Origin: Eledone cirrhosa
Taxonomy: Eukaryota
Direction of reading: 5' to 3'
Length of the DNA stretch: 64,000 nucleotides
NCBI GenBank assembly: GCA_964016885.1
Contig: OZ024742.1
Location: forward strand, 349,308,001-349,372,000
The first letter of the stretch is position 1, and every line of letters begins with the position of its first letter. The position numbers and the translations under genes were made by a program. Below are positions 13,337 to 28,100 of the stretch, in pieces. Under the pieces are notes generated by a model. It searched no databases. It was given only the letters and a program-made list of their open reading frames with translations, and was not told where the DNA came from.

Positions 13337-16300
13337 TAACTCTGATATCATTGCAGAACCCTGTCTAAAATTCTATAACTCTGATATCATCGCAGTACCC
13401 TGTCTAAAACTCTATAACTCTGATATCATTGCAGTACCCAGTCTAAAATTCTATAACTCTGATGTCATCGCAGTACCCTGTCTAAAACTATATATCTCTG
13501 ATATCATTGCGGTACCCTGTCTAAAACTCTATAACTCTGATATAATCGCAGTACCCTGTTTAAATCTCTATAACTCTGGTATCATCGCAGTACCCTGTCT
13601 AAAACTCTATAACTCTGTTATCATTGCAGTATCCTGTCTAAAACTCTCTAACTCTGATATCATCGCAGTACCCTGTCTAAAACTCTATAACTCTGATATC
13701 ATCGCAGTACCCTGTCTAAAACTCTATAACTCTGATATCATCGCAAAACCCTGTCTAAATCTCTATAACTCTGATATCATCGCAGTACCTGTCTAAAACT
13801 CTATAACTCTGATATCATCGCAGTACCCTGTCTAAAAGTCTATAACTCTGATATCATCGCAGTACCCTGTCTAGAACTCTATAACTCTGATATCATCGCA
13901 GAACCCTGTCTAAAACTCTCTAACTCTGATATCATTGCAGTACCCTGTCTAAAATTCTATAACTCTGATATCATCGCAGAACCCTGTCTAAAACTCTCTA
14001 ACTCTGATATCATTGCAGAACCCTGTCTAAAATTCTATAACTCTGATATCATCGCAGTACCCTGTCTAAAACTCTATAACTCTGATATCATTGCAGTACC
14101 CAGTCTAAAATTCTATAACTCTGATATCATCGCAGTACCCTGTCTAAAACTATATATCTCTGATATCATTGCGGTACCCTGTCTAAAACTCTATAACTCT
14201 GATATCATCGCAGTACCCTGTTTAAATCTCTATAACTCTGATATCATCGCAGTACCCTGTCTAGAACTCTATAACTCTGGTATCATCGCAGTACCCTGTC
14301 TAAAACTCTATAACTCTGATATCATCGCAGTACCTGTCTACAACTCTATAACTCTGATATCATCGCAGTACCCTATCTAGAACTCTATAACACTGATATC
14401 ATCGCAGTACCCTGTCTAAAACTCTATAACTCTGATATCATCGCTGTACCTGTCTAAAACTCTATAACTCTGATATCATCGCAGTACCCTGTCTAAAAGT
14501 CTATAACTCTGATATCATCGCAGTACCCTGTCTAGAACTCTATAACTCTGATATCATTGCAGTACCTTGTCTAAAATTCTATAACTCTGATATCATCGCA
14601 GTACCCTGTCTAAAACTCCATAACTCTGATATCATCGCAGTACCCTGTCTAAAACTCTATATCTTTGATATAATTGCAGTACCCTGTCTAAAACTCTATA
14701 ACTCTGATATCATCGCAGTACCTGTCTAAAACTCTATAACTCTGATATCATCGCAGTACCCTGTCTAAAACTCTATAACTCCGATATCATCGCAGAAACC
14801 TGTCTAAAACTCTATAACTCTGATATCATTGCAGTACCCAGTCTAAAATTCTATAACTCTGATATCATCGCAGTACCCTGTCTAGAACTCTATATCTCTG
14901 ATATCATCGCAGTACCCTGTCTAAAACTCTATAACTCTGATATCATCGCAGTACCCTGTCTAAAACTCTATAACTCCGATATCATCGCAGAACCCTGTCT
15001 AAAACTCTATAACTCAGATATCATTGCATTACCCTGTCTAAAACTCTATAACTCTGATATCATCGCAGTACCCTGTCTAAAACTCTATAACTCCGATATC
15101 ATCGCAGAACCCTGTCTAAAACTCTATAACTCTGATATCATTGCAGTATCCTGTCTAAAACTCTCTAACTCTGATATCATCGCAGTACCCTGTCTAAAAC
15201 TCTATAACTCTGATATCATCGCAGTACCCTGTCTAAAACTCTATAACTCTGATATCATTGCAGAACCCTGTCTAAAATTCTATAACTCTGATATCATCGC
15301 AGTACCCTGTCTAAAACTCTATAACTCTGATATCATTGCAGTACCCAGTCTAAAATTCTATAACTCTGATGTCATCGCAGTACCCTGTCTAAAACTATAT
15401 ATCTCTGATATCATTGCGGTACCCTGTCTAAAACTCTATAACTCTGATATAATCGCAGTACCCTGTTTAAATCTCTATAACTCTGATATCATCGCAGTAC
15501 CCTGTCTAGAACTCTATAACTCTGGTATCATCGCAGTACCCTGTCTAAAACTCTATAACTCTGTTATCATTGCAGTATCCTGTCTAAAACTCTCTAACTC
15601 TGATATCATCGCAGTACCCTGTCTAAAACTCTATAACTCTGATATCATCGCAGTACCCTGTCTAAAACTCTATAACTCTGATATCATCGCAAAACCCTGT
15701 CTAAATCTCTATAACTCTGATATCATCGCAGTACCTGTCTAAAACTCTATAACTCTGATATCATCGCAGTACCCTGTCTAAAAGTCTATAACTCTGATAT
15801 CATCGCAGTACCCTGTCTAGAACTCTATAACTCTGATATCATCGCAGAACCCTGTCTAAAACTCTCTAACTCTGATATCATTGCAGTACCCTGTCTAAAA
15901 TTCTATAACTCTGATATCATCGCAGAACCCTGTCTAAAACTCTCTAACTCTGATATCATTGCAGAACCCTGTCTAAAATTCTATAACTCTGATATCATCG
16001 CAGTACCCTGTCTAAAACTCTATAACTCTGATATCATTGCAGTACCCAGTCTAAAATTCTATAACTCTGATATCATCGCAGTACCCTGTCTAAAACTATA
16101 TATCTCTGATATCATTGCGGTACCCTGTCTAAAACTCTATAACTCTGATATCATCGCAGTACCCTGTTTAAATCTCTATAACTCTGATATCATCGCAGTA
16201 CCCTGTCTAGAACTCTATAACTCTGGTATCATCGCAGTACCCTGTCTAAAACTCTATAACTCTGATATCATCGCAGTACCTGTCTACAACTCTATAACTC

Positions 16301-17252
16301 TGATATCATCGCAGTACCCTATCTAGAACTCTATAACACTGATATCATCGCAGTACCCTGTCTAAAACTCTATAACTCTGATATCATCGCTGTACCTGTC
16401 TAAAACTCTATAACTCTGATATCATCGCAGTACCCTGTCTAAAAGTCTATAACTCTGATATCATCGCAGTACCCTGTCTAGAACTCTATAACTCTGATAT
16501 CATTGCAGTACCTTGTCTAAAATTCTATAACTCTGATATCATCGCAGTACCCTGTCTAAAACTCCATAACTCTGATATCATCGCAGTACCCTGTCTAAAA
16601 CTCTATATCTTTGATATAATTGCAGTACCCTGTCTAAAACTCTATAACTCTGATATCATCGCAGTACCTGTCTAAAACTCTATAACTCTGATATCATCGC
16701 AGTACCCTGTCTAAAACTCTATAACTCCGATATCAACGCAGAAACCTGTCTAAAACTCTATAACTCTGATATCATTGCAGTACCCTGTCTAAAATTCTAT
16801 AACTCTGATATCATCGCAGTACCCTGTCTAGAAATCTATATCTCTGATATCATCGCAGTACCCTGTCTAAAACTCTATAACTCTGATATCATCGCAGTAC
16901 CCTGTCTAAAACTCTATAACTCCGATATCATCGCAGAACCCTGTCTAAAACTCTATAACTCAGATATCATTGCATTACCCTGTCTAAAACTCTATAACTC
17001 TGATATCATCGCAGTACCCTGTCTAAAGCTCTATAACTCCGATATCATCGCAGAACCCTGTCTAAAACTCTATAACTCTGATATCATTGCAGTATCCTGT
17101 CTAAAACTCTCTAACTCTGATATCATCGCAGTACCCTGTCTAAAACTCTATAACTCTGATATCATCGCAGTACCCTGTCTAAAACTCTATAACTCTGATA
17201 TCATTGCAGAACCCTGTCTAAAATTCTATAACTCTGATATCATCGCAGTACC
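13337..17252 (+). repeat. Tandem duplication of about 1.9 kb (49-50 monomers; offsets 1907 then 1946)
   Basis: GATGTC 13461/15368 (1907). AACTCTGTTA 13611/15557, TCGCTGTACC 14441/16387, ATCTTTGATA 14661/16607 and AACTCAGATA 15011/16957 (all 1946). Confidence 0.9.
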
Positions 17253-20200
17253 TTGTCTAAAACTCTATAACTCTGATATCATTGCAGTACCCTGTCTAAA
17301 ATTCTATAACTCTGATATCATCGCAGTACCCTGTCTAAAACTATATATCTCTGATAACATTGCGGTACCCTGTCTAAAACTCTATAACTCTGATATCATC
17401 GCAGTACCCTGTTTAAATCTCTATAACTCTGATATCATCGCAGTACCCTGTCTAGAACTCTATAACTCTGATATCATCGCAGTACCCTGTCTAGAATTCT
17501 ATAACTCTGATATCATTGCAGTACCCTTTTTAAAATTCTATAACTCTGATATCATCGCAGAACCCTGTCTAAAACTCTCTAACTCTGATATCATTGCAGT
17601 ACCCTGCCTAAAATTCTATAACTCTGATATCATCGCAGAACCCTGTCTAAAACTCTCTAACTCTGATACCATTGCAGAACCCTGTCTAAAATTCTATAAC
17701 TCTGATATCATCGCAGTACCCTGTCTAAAACTCTATAACTCTAATATCATTGCAGTACCCTTTTTAAAATTCTATATCTCTGATATCATCGCAGTACCCT
17801 GTCTAAAACTATATAACTCTGATATCATTGCGGTACCCTGTCTAAAACACAATAACTCTGATATCATCGCAGTACCCTGTTTAAATCTCTATAACTCTGA
17901 TATCATCGCAGTACCCTGTCTAGAACTCTATAACTCTGATATCATCGCAGTACCCTGTCTAAAACTCTATAACTCCGATATCATCGCAGTACCCTGTCTA
18001 AAACTCTATAACTCTGATATCATCGCAGTACCTGTCTACAACTCCATAACTCTGATATCATCGCAGTACCCTGTCTAAAACTCTATAACTCTGATATCAT
18101 CGCAGTACCTGTCTAAAACTCTATAACTCTGATATCATTGCAGTACCCTGTCTAAAACTCTATAACTCTGATATCATCGCAGTACCCTGTCTAAAACTCT
18201 ATAATTCTGATATCATTGCAGTACCCTGTCTAAAACTCTATAACTCTGATAACATCGCAAAACCCTGTCTAAATCTCTATAACTCTGATATCATCGCAGT
18301 ACCCTGTCTAGAACTCTATAACTCTGATATCATCGCAGAACCCTGTCTAAAACTCTATAACTCTGATATCATTGCAGAACCCTGTCTAAAATTCTATAAC
18401 TCTGATATCATCGCAGTACCTTGTCTAAAACTCTATAACTCTGATATCATTGCAGTACCCTGTCTAAAATTCTATAACTCTGATATCATCGCAGTACCCT
18501 GTCTAAAACTATATATCTCAGATAACATTGCGGTACCCTGTCTAAAACTCTATAACTCTGATATCATCGCAGTACCCTGTTTAAATCTCTATAACTCTGA
18601 TATCATCGCAGTACCCTGTCTAGAACTCTATAACTCTGGTATCATCGCAGTACCCTGTCTAAAACTCTATAACTCTGATATCATCGCAGTACCTGTCTAC
18701 AACTCTATAACTCTGATATCATCGCAGTACCCTGTCTAGAACTCTATAACTCTGATATCATCGCAGTACCCTGTCTAAAACTCTATAACTCTGATATCAT
18801 TGCAGTACCCAGTCTAAAATTCTATGACTCTGATATCATCGCAGTACCCTGTCTAAAACTATATATCTCTGATATCATTGCGGTACCCTGTCTAAAACTC
18901 TATAACTCTGATATCATCGCAGTACCCTGTTTAAATCTCTATAACTCTGATATCATCGCAGTACCCTGTCTAGAACTCTATAACTCTGGTATCATCGCAG
19001 TACCCTGTCTAAAACTCTATAACTCTGATATCATCGCAGTACCTGTCTACAACTCTATAACTCTGATATCATCGCAGTACCCTATCTAGAACTCTATAAC
19101 ACTGATATCATCGCAGTACCCTGTCTAAAACTCTATAACTCTGATATCATCGCAGTACCTGTCTAAAACTCTATAACTCTGATATCATCGCAGTACCCTG
19201 TCTAAAAGTCTATAACTCTGATATCATCGCAGTACCCTGTCTAGAACTCTATAACTCTGATATCATTGCAGTACCTTGTCTAAAATTCTATAACAATGAT
19301 ATCATCGCAGTACCCTGTCTAAAACTCCATAACTCTGATATCATCGCAGTACCCTGTCTAAAACTCTATATCTCTGATATAATTGCAGTACCCTGTCTAA
19401 AACTCTATAACTCTGATATCATCGCAGTACCTGTCTAAAACTCTATAACTCTGATATCATCGCAGTACCCTGTCTAAAACTCTATAACTCCGATATCATC
19501 GCAGAACCCTGTCTAAAACTCTATAACTCTGATATCATTGCAGTACCCTGTCTAAAATTCTATAACTCTGATATCATCGCAGTACCCTGTCTAGAACTCT
19601 ATATCTCTGATATCATCGCAGTACCCTGTCTAAAACTCTATAACTCTGATATCATCGCAGTACCCTGTCTAAAACTCTATAACTCCGATATCATCGCAGA
19701 ACCCTGTCTAAAACTCTATAATTCTGATATCATTACATTACCCTGTCTAAAACTCTATAACTCTGATATCATCGCAGTACCCTGTCTAAAACTCTATAAC
19801 TCCGATATCATCGCAGAACCCTGTCTAAAACTCTATAACTCTGATATCATTGCAGTATCCTGTCTAAAACTCTCTAACTCTGATATCATCGCAGTACCCT
19901 GTCTAAAACTCTATAACTCTGATATCATCGCAGTACCCTGTCTAAAACTCTATAACTCTGATAACATCGCAAAACCCTATCTAAATCTCTATAACTCTGA
20001 TATCATCGCAGTAGCCTGTCTAGAACTCTATAACTCTGATATCATCGCAGTACCCTGTCTAGAACTCTATAACTCTGATATCATTGCAGTACCCTTTTTA
20101 AAATTCTATAACTCTGATATCATCGCAGAACCCTGTCTAAAACTCTCTAACTCTGATATCATTGCAGTACCCTGTCTAAAATTCTATAACTCTGATATCA

Positions 20201-23200
20201 TCGCAGTACCCTGTCTAAAACTCTATAACTCTAATATCATTGCAGTACCCTTTTTAAAATTCTATATCTCTGATATCATCGCAGTACCCTGTCTAAAACT
20301 ATATAACTCTGATATCATTGCGGTACCCTGTCTAAAACACTATAACTCTGATATCATCGCAGTACCCTGTTTAAATCTCTATAACTCTGATATCATCGCA
20401 GTAACCTGTCTAGAACTCTATAACTCTGATATCATCGCAGTACCCTGTCTAAAACTCTATAACTCCGATATCATCGCAGTACCCTGTCTAAAACTCTATA
20501 ACTCTGATATCATCGCAGTACCTGTCTACAACTCTATAACTCTGATATCATCGCAGTACCTGTCTAAAACTCTATAACTCTGATATCATTGCAGTACCCT
20601 GTCTAAAACTCTCTAACTCTGATATCATCGCAGTACCCTGTCTAAAACTCTATAATTCTGATATCATTGCAGTACCCTGTCTAAAACTCTATAACTCTGA
20701 TAACATCGCAAAACCCTGTCTAAATCTCTATAACTCTGATATCATCGCAGTACCCTGTCTAGAACTCTATAACTCTGATATCATCGCAGAACCCTGTCTA
20801 AAACTCTATAACTCTGATATCATTGCAGAAACCTGTCTAAAATTCTATAACTCTGATATCATCGCAGTACCCTGTCTAAAACTCTATAACTCTGATATCA
20901 TTGCAGTACCCTGTCTAAAATTCTATAACTCTGATATCATCGCAGTACCCTGTCTAAAACTATATATCTCTGATAACATTGCGGTACCCTGTCTAAAACT
21001 CTATAACTCTGATATCATCGCAGTACCCTGTTTAAATCTCTATAACTCTGATATCATCGCAGTACCCTGTCTAGAACTCTATAACTCTGGTGTCATCGCA
21101 GTACCCTGTCTAAAACTCTATAACTCTGATATCATCGCAGTACCTGTCTACAACTCTATAACTCTGATATCATCGTAGTACCCTATCTAGAACTCTATAA
21201 CTCTGATATCATCGCAGAACCCTGTCTAAAACTCTCTAACTCTGATATCATTGCAGTACCCTGTCTAAAATTCTATAACTCTGATATCATCGCAGAACCC
21301 TGTCTAAAACTCTCTAACTCTGTTATCATTGCAGAACCCTGTCTAAAATTCTATAACTCTGATATCATCGCAGTACCCTGTCTAAAACTCTATAACTCTG
21401 ATATCATTGCAGTACCCTTTTTAAAATTCTATAACTCTGATATCATCGCAGTACCCTGTCTAAAACTATATAACTCTGATATCATTGCGGTACCCTGTCT
21501 AAAACTCTATAACTCTGATATCATCACAGTACCCTGTTTAAATCTCTATAACTCTGATATCATCGCAGTACCCTGTCTAGAACTCTATAACTCTGATATC
21601 ATCGCAGTACCCTGTCTAAAACTCTATAACTCTGATATAATTGCAGTACCCTGTCTAAAACTCTATAACTCTGATATCATCGCAGTACCCTGTCTAAAAC
21701 TCTATAACTCTGATATCATCGCAGTACCTGTCTACAACTCCATAACTCTGATATCATCGCAGTACCCTGTCTAAAACTCTATAACTCTGATATCATCGCA
21801 GTACCTGTCTAAAACTCTATAACTCTGATATCATTGCAGTACCCTGTCTAAAACTCTCTAACTCGGATATCATCGCAGTACCCTGTCTAAAACTCTATAA
21901 TTCTGATCTCATTGCAGTACCCTGTCTAAAACTCTATAACTCTGATAACATCGCAAAACCCTGTCTAAATCTCTATAACTCTGATCTCATCGCAGTAGCC
22001 TGTCTAGAACTCTATAACTCTGATATCATCGCAGTACCCTGTCTAGAACTCTATAACTCTGATATCATCGCAGAACCCTGTCTAAAACTCTCTAACTCTG
22101 ATATCATTGCAGTACCCTGTCTAAAATTCTATAACTCTGATATCATCGCAGAACCCTGTCTAAAACTCTCTAACTCTGATATCATTGCAGAACCCTGTCT
22201 AAAATTCTATAACTCTGATATCATCGCAGTACCCTGTCTAAAACTCTATAACTCTGATATCATTGCAGTACCCTTTTTAAAATTCTATAACTCTGATATC
22301 ATCGCAGTACCCTGTCTAAAACTCCATAACTCTGATATCATCGCAGTACCCTGTCTAAAACTCTATATCTCTGATATAATTGCAGTACCCTGTCTAAAAC
22401 TCTATAACTCTGATATCATCGCAGTACCTGTCTAAAACTCTATAACTCTGATATCATCGCAGTACCCTGTCTAAAACTCTATAACTCCGATATCATCGCA
22501 GAACCCTGTCTAAAACTCTATAACTCTGATATCATTGCAGTACCCTGTCTAAAATTCTATAACTCTGATATCATCGCAGTACCCTGTGTAGAACTCTATA
22601 TCTCTGATATCATCGCAGTACCCTGTCTAAAACTCTATAACTCTGATATCATCGCAGTACCCTGTCTAAAACTCTATAACTCCGATATCATCGCAGAACC
22701 CTGTCTAAAACTCTATAACTCTGATATCATTGCAGTACCCTGTCTAAAACTCTCTAACTCTGATATCATCGCAGTACCCTGTCTAAAACTCTATAACTCT
22801 GATATCATTGCAGTACCCTGTCTAAAACTCTATAACTCTGATATCATCGCAGTACCCTGTCTAAAACTCTATAACTCCGATATCATCGGAGAACCCTGCC
22901 TAAAACTCTATAACTCTGATATCATTGCAGTACCCTGTCTAAAACTCTCTAACTCTGATATCATCGCAGTACCCTGTCTAAAACTCTATAACTCTGATAT
23001 CATTGCAGTACCCTGTCTAAAACTCTATAACTCTGATAACATCGCAAAACCCTGTCTAAATCTCTATAACTCTGATATCATCGCAGTAGCCTGTCTAGAA
23101 CTCTATAACTCTGATATCATCGCAGTACCCTGTCTAGAACTCTATAACTCTGATATCATCGCAGAACCCTGTCTAAAATTCTATAACTCTGATATCATCG

Positions 23201-23969
23201 CAGAACCCTGTCTAAAACTCTCTAACTCTGATATCATTGCAGAACCCTGTCTAAAATTCTATAACTCTGATATCATCGCAGTACCCTGTCTAAAACTCTA
23301 TAACTCTGATATCATTGCAGTACCCTTTTTAAAATTCTATAACTCTGATATCATTGCAGTACCCTATCTAAAATTCTATAACTCTGATATCATCGCAGAA
23401 CCCTGTCTAAAACTCTCTAACTCTGATATCATCGCAGTGCCCTGTCTAAAACTCTATAACTCTGATATCATTGCAGTACCCTTTTTAAAATTCTATAACT
23501 CTGATATCATCGCAGTACCCTGTCTAAAACTATATAATTCTGATATCATTGCGGTACCCTGTCTATAACTCTATAACTCTGATATCATCGCAGTACCCTG
23601 TTTAAATCTCTATAACTCTGATATCATCGCAGTACCCTGTCTAGAACTCTATAACTGTGATATCATCGCAGTACGCTGTCTAAAACTCTATAACTCCGAT
23701 ATCATCGCAGCACCCTGTCTAAAACTCTATAACTCTGATATCATCGCAGTACCATGTCTACAACTCTATAACTCTGATATTATTGCAGTACCCTGTCTAA
23801 AACTCTATATCTCTGATATCATCGCAGTACCCTGTCTAGAACTCTATAACTCTGATATCATCGCAGTACCCTGTTTAAATCTCTATAATTCTGATATCAT
23901 CGCAGTACCCTGTCTAGAACTCTATAACTCTGATATCATCGCAGTACCTTGTCTAAAACTCTATAACTC

Positions 23970-26900
23970 CGATATCATCGCAGTACCCTGTCTAAAACTC
24001 TATAACTCCGATATCATCACAGAACCCTGTCTAAAACTCTATAACTCTGATATTATTGCAGTACCCTGTCTAAAACTCTATAACTCTGATATCATCGCAG
24101 TACCCTGTCTAGAACTCTATAACTCTGATATCATCGCAGAACCCTGTCTAAAACTCTATAACTCTGATATCATCGCAGTACCCTGTTTAAATCTCTATAA
24201 CTCTGATATCATCGCAGTACCCTGTCTAGAACTCTATAACTCTGGTATCATCGCAGTACCCTGTCTAAAACTCTACAACTCTGATATCATCGCAGTACCT
24301 GTCTACAACTCTATAACTCTGATATCATCGCAGTACCCTATCTAGAACTCTATAACACTGATATCATCGCAGTACCCTGTCTAAAACTCTATAACTCTGA
24401 TATCATCGCAGTACCCTGTCTAGAACTCCATAACTCTGATATCATCGCAGTACCCTGTCTAAAACTCTATATCTCTGATATAATTGCAGTACCCTGTCTA
24501 AAACTCTATAACTCTGATATCATCGCAGTACCTGTCTAAAACTCTATAACTCTGATATCATCGCAGTACCCTGTCTAGAACTCTATATCTCTGATATCAT
24601 CGCAGTATCCTGTCTAAAACACTATAACTCTGATATCATCGCAGTACCCTGTCTAAAACTCTATAACTCCGATATCATCGCAGAACCCTGTCTAAAACTC
24701 TATAACTCTGATATCATTGCATTACCCTGTCTAAAACTCTATAACTCTGATATCATCGCAGTACCCTGTCTAAAACTCTATAACTCTGATATCATTGCAG
24801 TACCCTTTTTAAAGTGCTATAACTCTGATATCATCGCAGTACCCTGTCTAAAACTCTATATCTCTGATATAATTGCAGTACCCTGTCTAAAACTCTATAA
24901 CTCTGATATCATCACAGTACCTGTCTAAAACTCTATAACTCTGATATCATCGCAGTACCCTATCTAGAACTCTATAACACTGATATCATCGCAGTACCCT
25001 GTCTAAAACTCTATGACTCTGATATCATCGCAGTACCCTGTCTAGAACTCTATAACTCTGATATCATTGCAGTACCCTGTCTAAAATTCTATAACTCTGA
25101 TATCATCGCAGTACCCTGTCTAAAACTCCATAACTCTGATATCATCGCAGTACCCTGTCTAAAACTCTATATCTCTGATATAATTGCAGTACCCTGTCTA
25201 AAACTCTATAACTCTGATATCATCGCAGTACCTGTCTAAAACTCTATAACTCTGATATCATCGCAGTACCCTGTCTAAAACTCTATAACTCCGATATCAT
25301 CGCAGAACCCTGTCTAAAACTCTATAACTCTGATATCATTGCAGTACCCTGTCTAAAATTCTATAACTCTGATATCATCGCAGTACCCTGTCTAGAACTC
25401 TATATCTCTGATATCATCGCAGTACCCTGTCTAAAACTCTATAACTCTGATATCATCGCAGTACCCTGTCTAAAACTCTATAACTCCGATATCATCGCAG
25501 AACCCTGTCTAAAACTCTATAACTCTGATATCATTGCATTACCCTGTCTAAAACTCTATAACTCTGATATCATCGCAGTACCCTGTCTAAAACTCTATAT
25601 CTCTGATATAATTGCAGTACCCTGTCTAAAACTCTATAACTCTGATATCATCGCAGTACCTGTCTAAAACTCTATAACTCTGATATCATCGCAGTACCCT
25701 GTCTAAAACTCTATAACTCCGATATCATCGCAGAACCCTGTCTAAAACTCTATAACTCTGATATCATTGCAGTACCCTGTCTAAAATTCTATAACTCTGA
25801 TATCATCGCAGTACCCTGTCTAGAACTCTATATCTCTGATATCATCGCAGTACCCTGTCTAAAACTCTATAACTCTGATATCATCGCAGTACCCTGTCTA
25901 AAACTCTATAACTCCGATATCATCGCAGAACCCTGTCTAAAACTCTATAACTCTGATATCATTGCATTACCCTGTCTAAAACTCTATAACTCTGATATCA
26001 TCGCAGTACCCTGTCTAAAACTCTATAACTCCGATATCATCGCAGAACCCTGTCTAAAACTCTATAACTCTGATATTATTGCAGTACCCTGTCTAAAACT
26101 CTCTAACTCTGATATCATCGCAGTACCCTGTCTAAAACTCTATAACTCTGATATCATTGCAGTACCCTGTCTAAAACTCTATAACTCTGATAACATCGCA
26201 AAACCCTGTCTAAATCTCTATAACTCTGATATCATCGCAGTACCCTGTCTAAAACTCTATAACTCCGATATCATCACAGAACCCTGTCTAAAACTCTATA
26301 ACTCTGATATTATTGCAGTACCCTGTCTAAAACTCTATAACTCTGATATCATCGCAGTACCCTGTCTAGAACTCTATAACTCTGATATCATCGCAGAACC
26401 CTGTCTAAAACTCTATAACTCTGATATCATCGCAGTACCCTGTTTAAATCTCTATAACTCTGATATCATCGCAGTACCCTGTCTAGAGCTCTATAACTCT
26501 GGTATCATCGCAGTACCCTGTCTAAAACTCTACAACTCTGATATCATCGCAGTACCTGTCTACAACTCTATAACTCTGATATCATCGCAGTACCCTATCT
26601 AGAACTCTATAACACTGATATCATCGCAGTACCCTGTCTAAAACTCTATAACTCTGATATCATCGCAGTACCCTGTCTAGAACTCCATAACTCTGATATC
26701 ATCGCAGTTCCCTGTCTAAAACTCTATATCTCTGATATAATTGCAGTACCCTGTCTAAAACTCTATAACTCTGATATCATCGCAGTACCTGTCTAAAACT
26801 CTATAACTCTGATATCATCGCAGTACCCTGTCTAGAACTCTATATCTCTGATATCATCGCAGTATCCTGTCTAAAACACTATAACTCTGATATCATCGCA

Positions 26901-28100
26901 GTACCCTGTCTAAAACTCTATAACTCCGATATCATCGCAGAACCCTGTCTAAAACTCTATAACTCTGATATCATTGCATTACCCTGTCTAAAACTCTATA
27001 ACTCTGATATCATCGCAGTACCCTGTCTAAAACTCTATAACTCTGATATCATTGCAGTACCCTTTTTAAAATGCTATAACTCTGATATCATCGCAGTACC
27101 CTGTCTAAAACTCTATATCTCTGATATAATTGCAGTACCCTGTCTAAAACTCTATAACTCTGATATCATCGCAGTACCTGTCTAAAACTCTATAACTCTG
27201 ATATCATCGCAGTACCCTATCTAGAACTCTATAACACTGATATCATCGCAGTACCCTGTCTAAAACTCTATGACTCTGATATCATCGCAGTACCCTGTCT
27301 AGAACTCTATAACTCTGATATCATTGCAGTACCCTGTCTAAAATTCTATAACTCTGATATCATCGCAGTACCCTGTCTAAAACTCCATAACTCTGATATC
27401 ATCGCAGTACCCTGTCTAAAACTCTATATCTCTGATATAATTGCAGTACCCTGTCTAAAACTCTATAACTCTGATATCATCGCAGTACCTGTCTAAAACT
27501 CTATAACTCTGATATCATCGCAGTACCCTGTCTAGAACTCTATATCTCTGATATCATCGCAGTACCCTGTCTAAAACTCTATAACTCTGATATCATCGCA
27601 GTACCCTGTCTAAAACTCTATAACTCCGATATCATCGCAGAACCCTGTCTAAAACTCTATAACTCTGATATCATTGCATTACCCTGTCTAAAACTCTATA
27701 ACTCTGATATCATCGCAGTACCCTGTCTAAAACTCTACATCTCTGATATAATTGCAGTACCCTGTCTAAAACTCTATAACTCTGATATCATCGCAGTACC
27801 TGTCTAAAACTCTATAACTCTGATATCATCGCAGTACCCTGTCTAAAACTCTATAACTCCGATATCATCGCAGAACCCTGTCTAAAACTCTATAACTCTG
27901 ATATCATTGCAGTACCCTGTCTAAAATTCTATAACTCTGATATCATCGCAGTACCCTGTCTAGAACTCTATATCTCTGATATCATCGCAGTACCCTGTCT
28001 AAAACTCTATAACTCTGATATCATCGCAGTACCCTGTCTAAAACTCTATAACTCCGATATCATCGCAGAACCCTGTCTAAAACTCTATAACTCTGATATC
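23970..28100 (+). repeat. Tandem duplication of about 2.26 kb (58 monomers; offset 2257, later 2140 after a 3-monomer loss); boundaries approximate
   Basis: TAGAACTCCA 24421/26678, CGCAGTATCCTGTCTAAAACAC 24601/26858 and CTATGACTCT 25011/27268 (all 2257). TCTAGAACTCTATATC 25391/27531 (2140). Confidence 0.82.
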
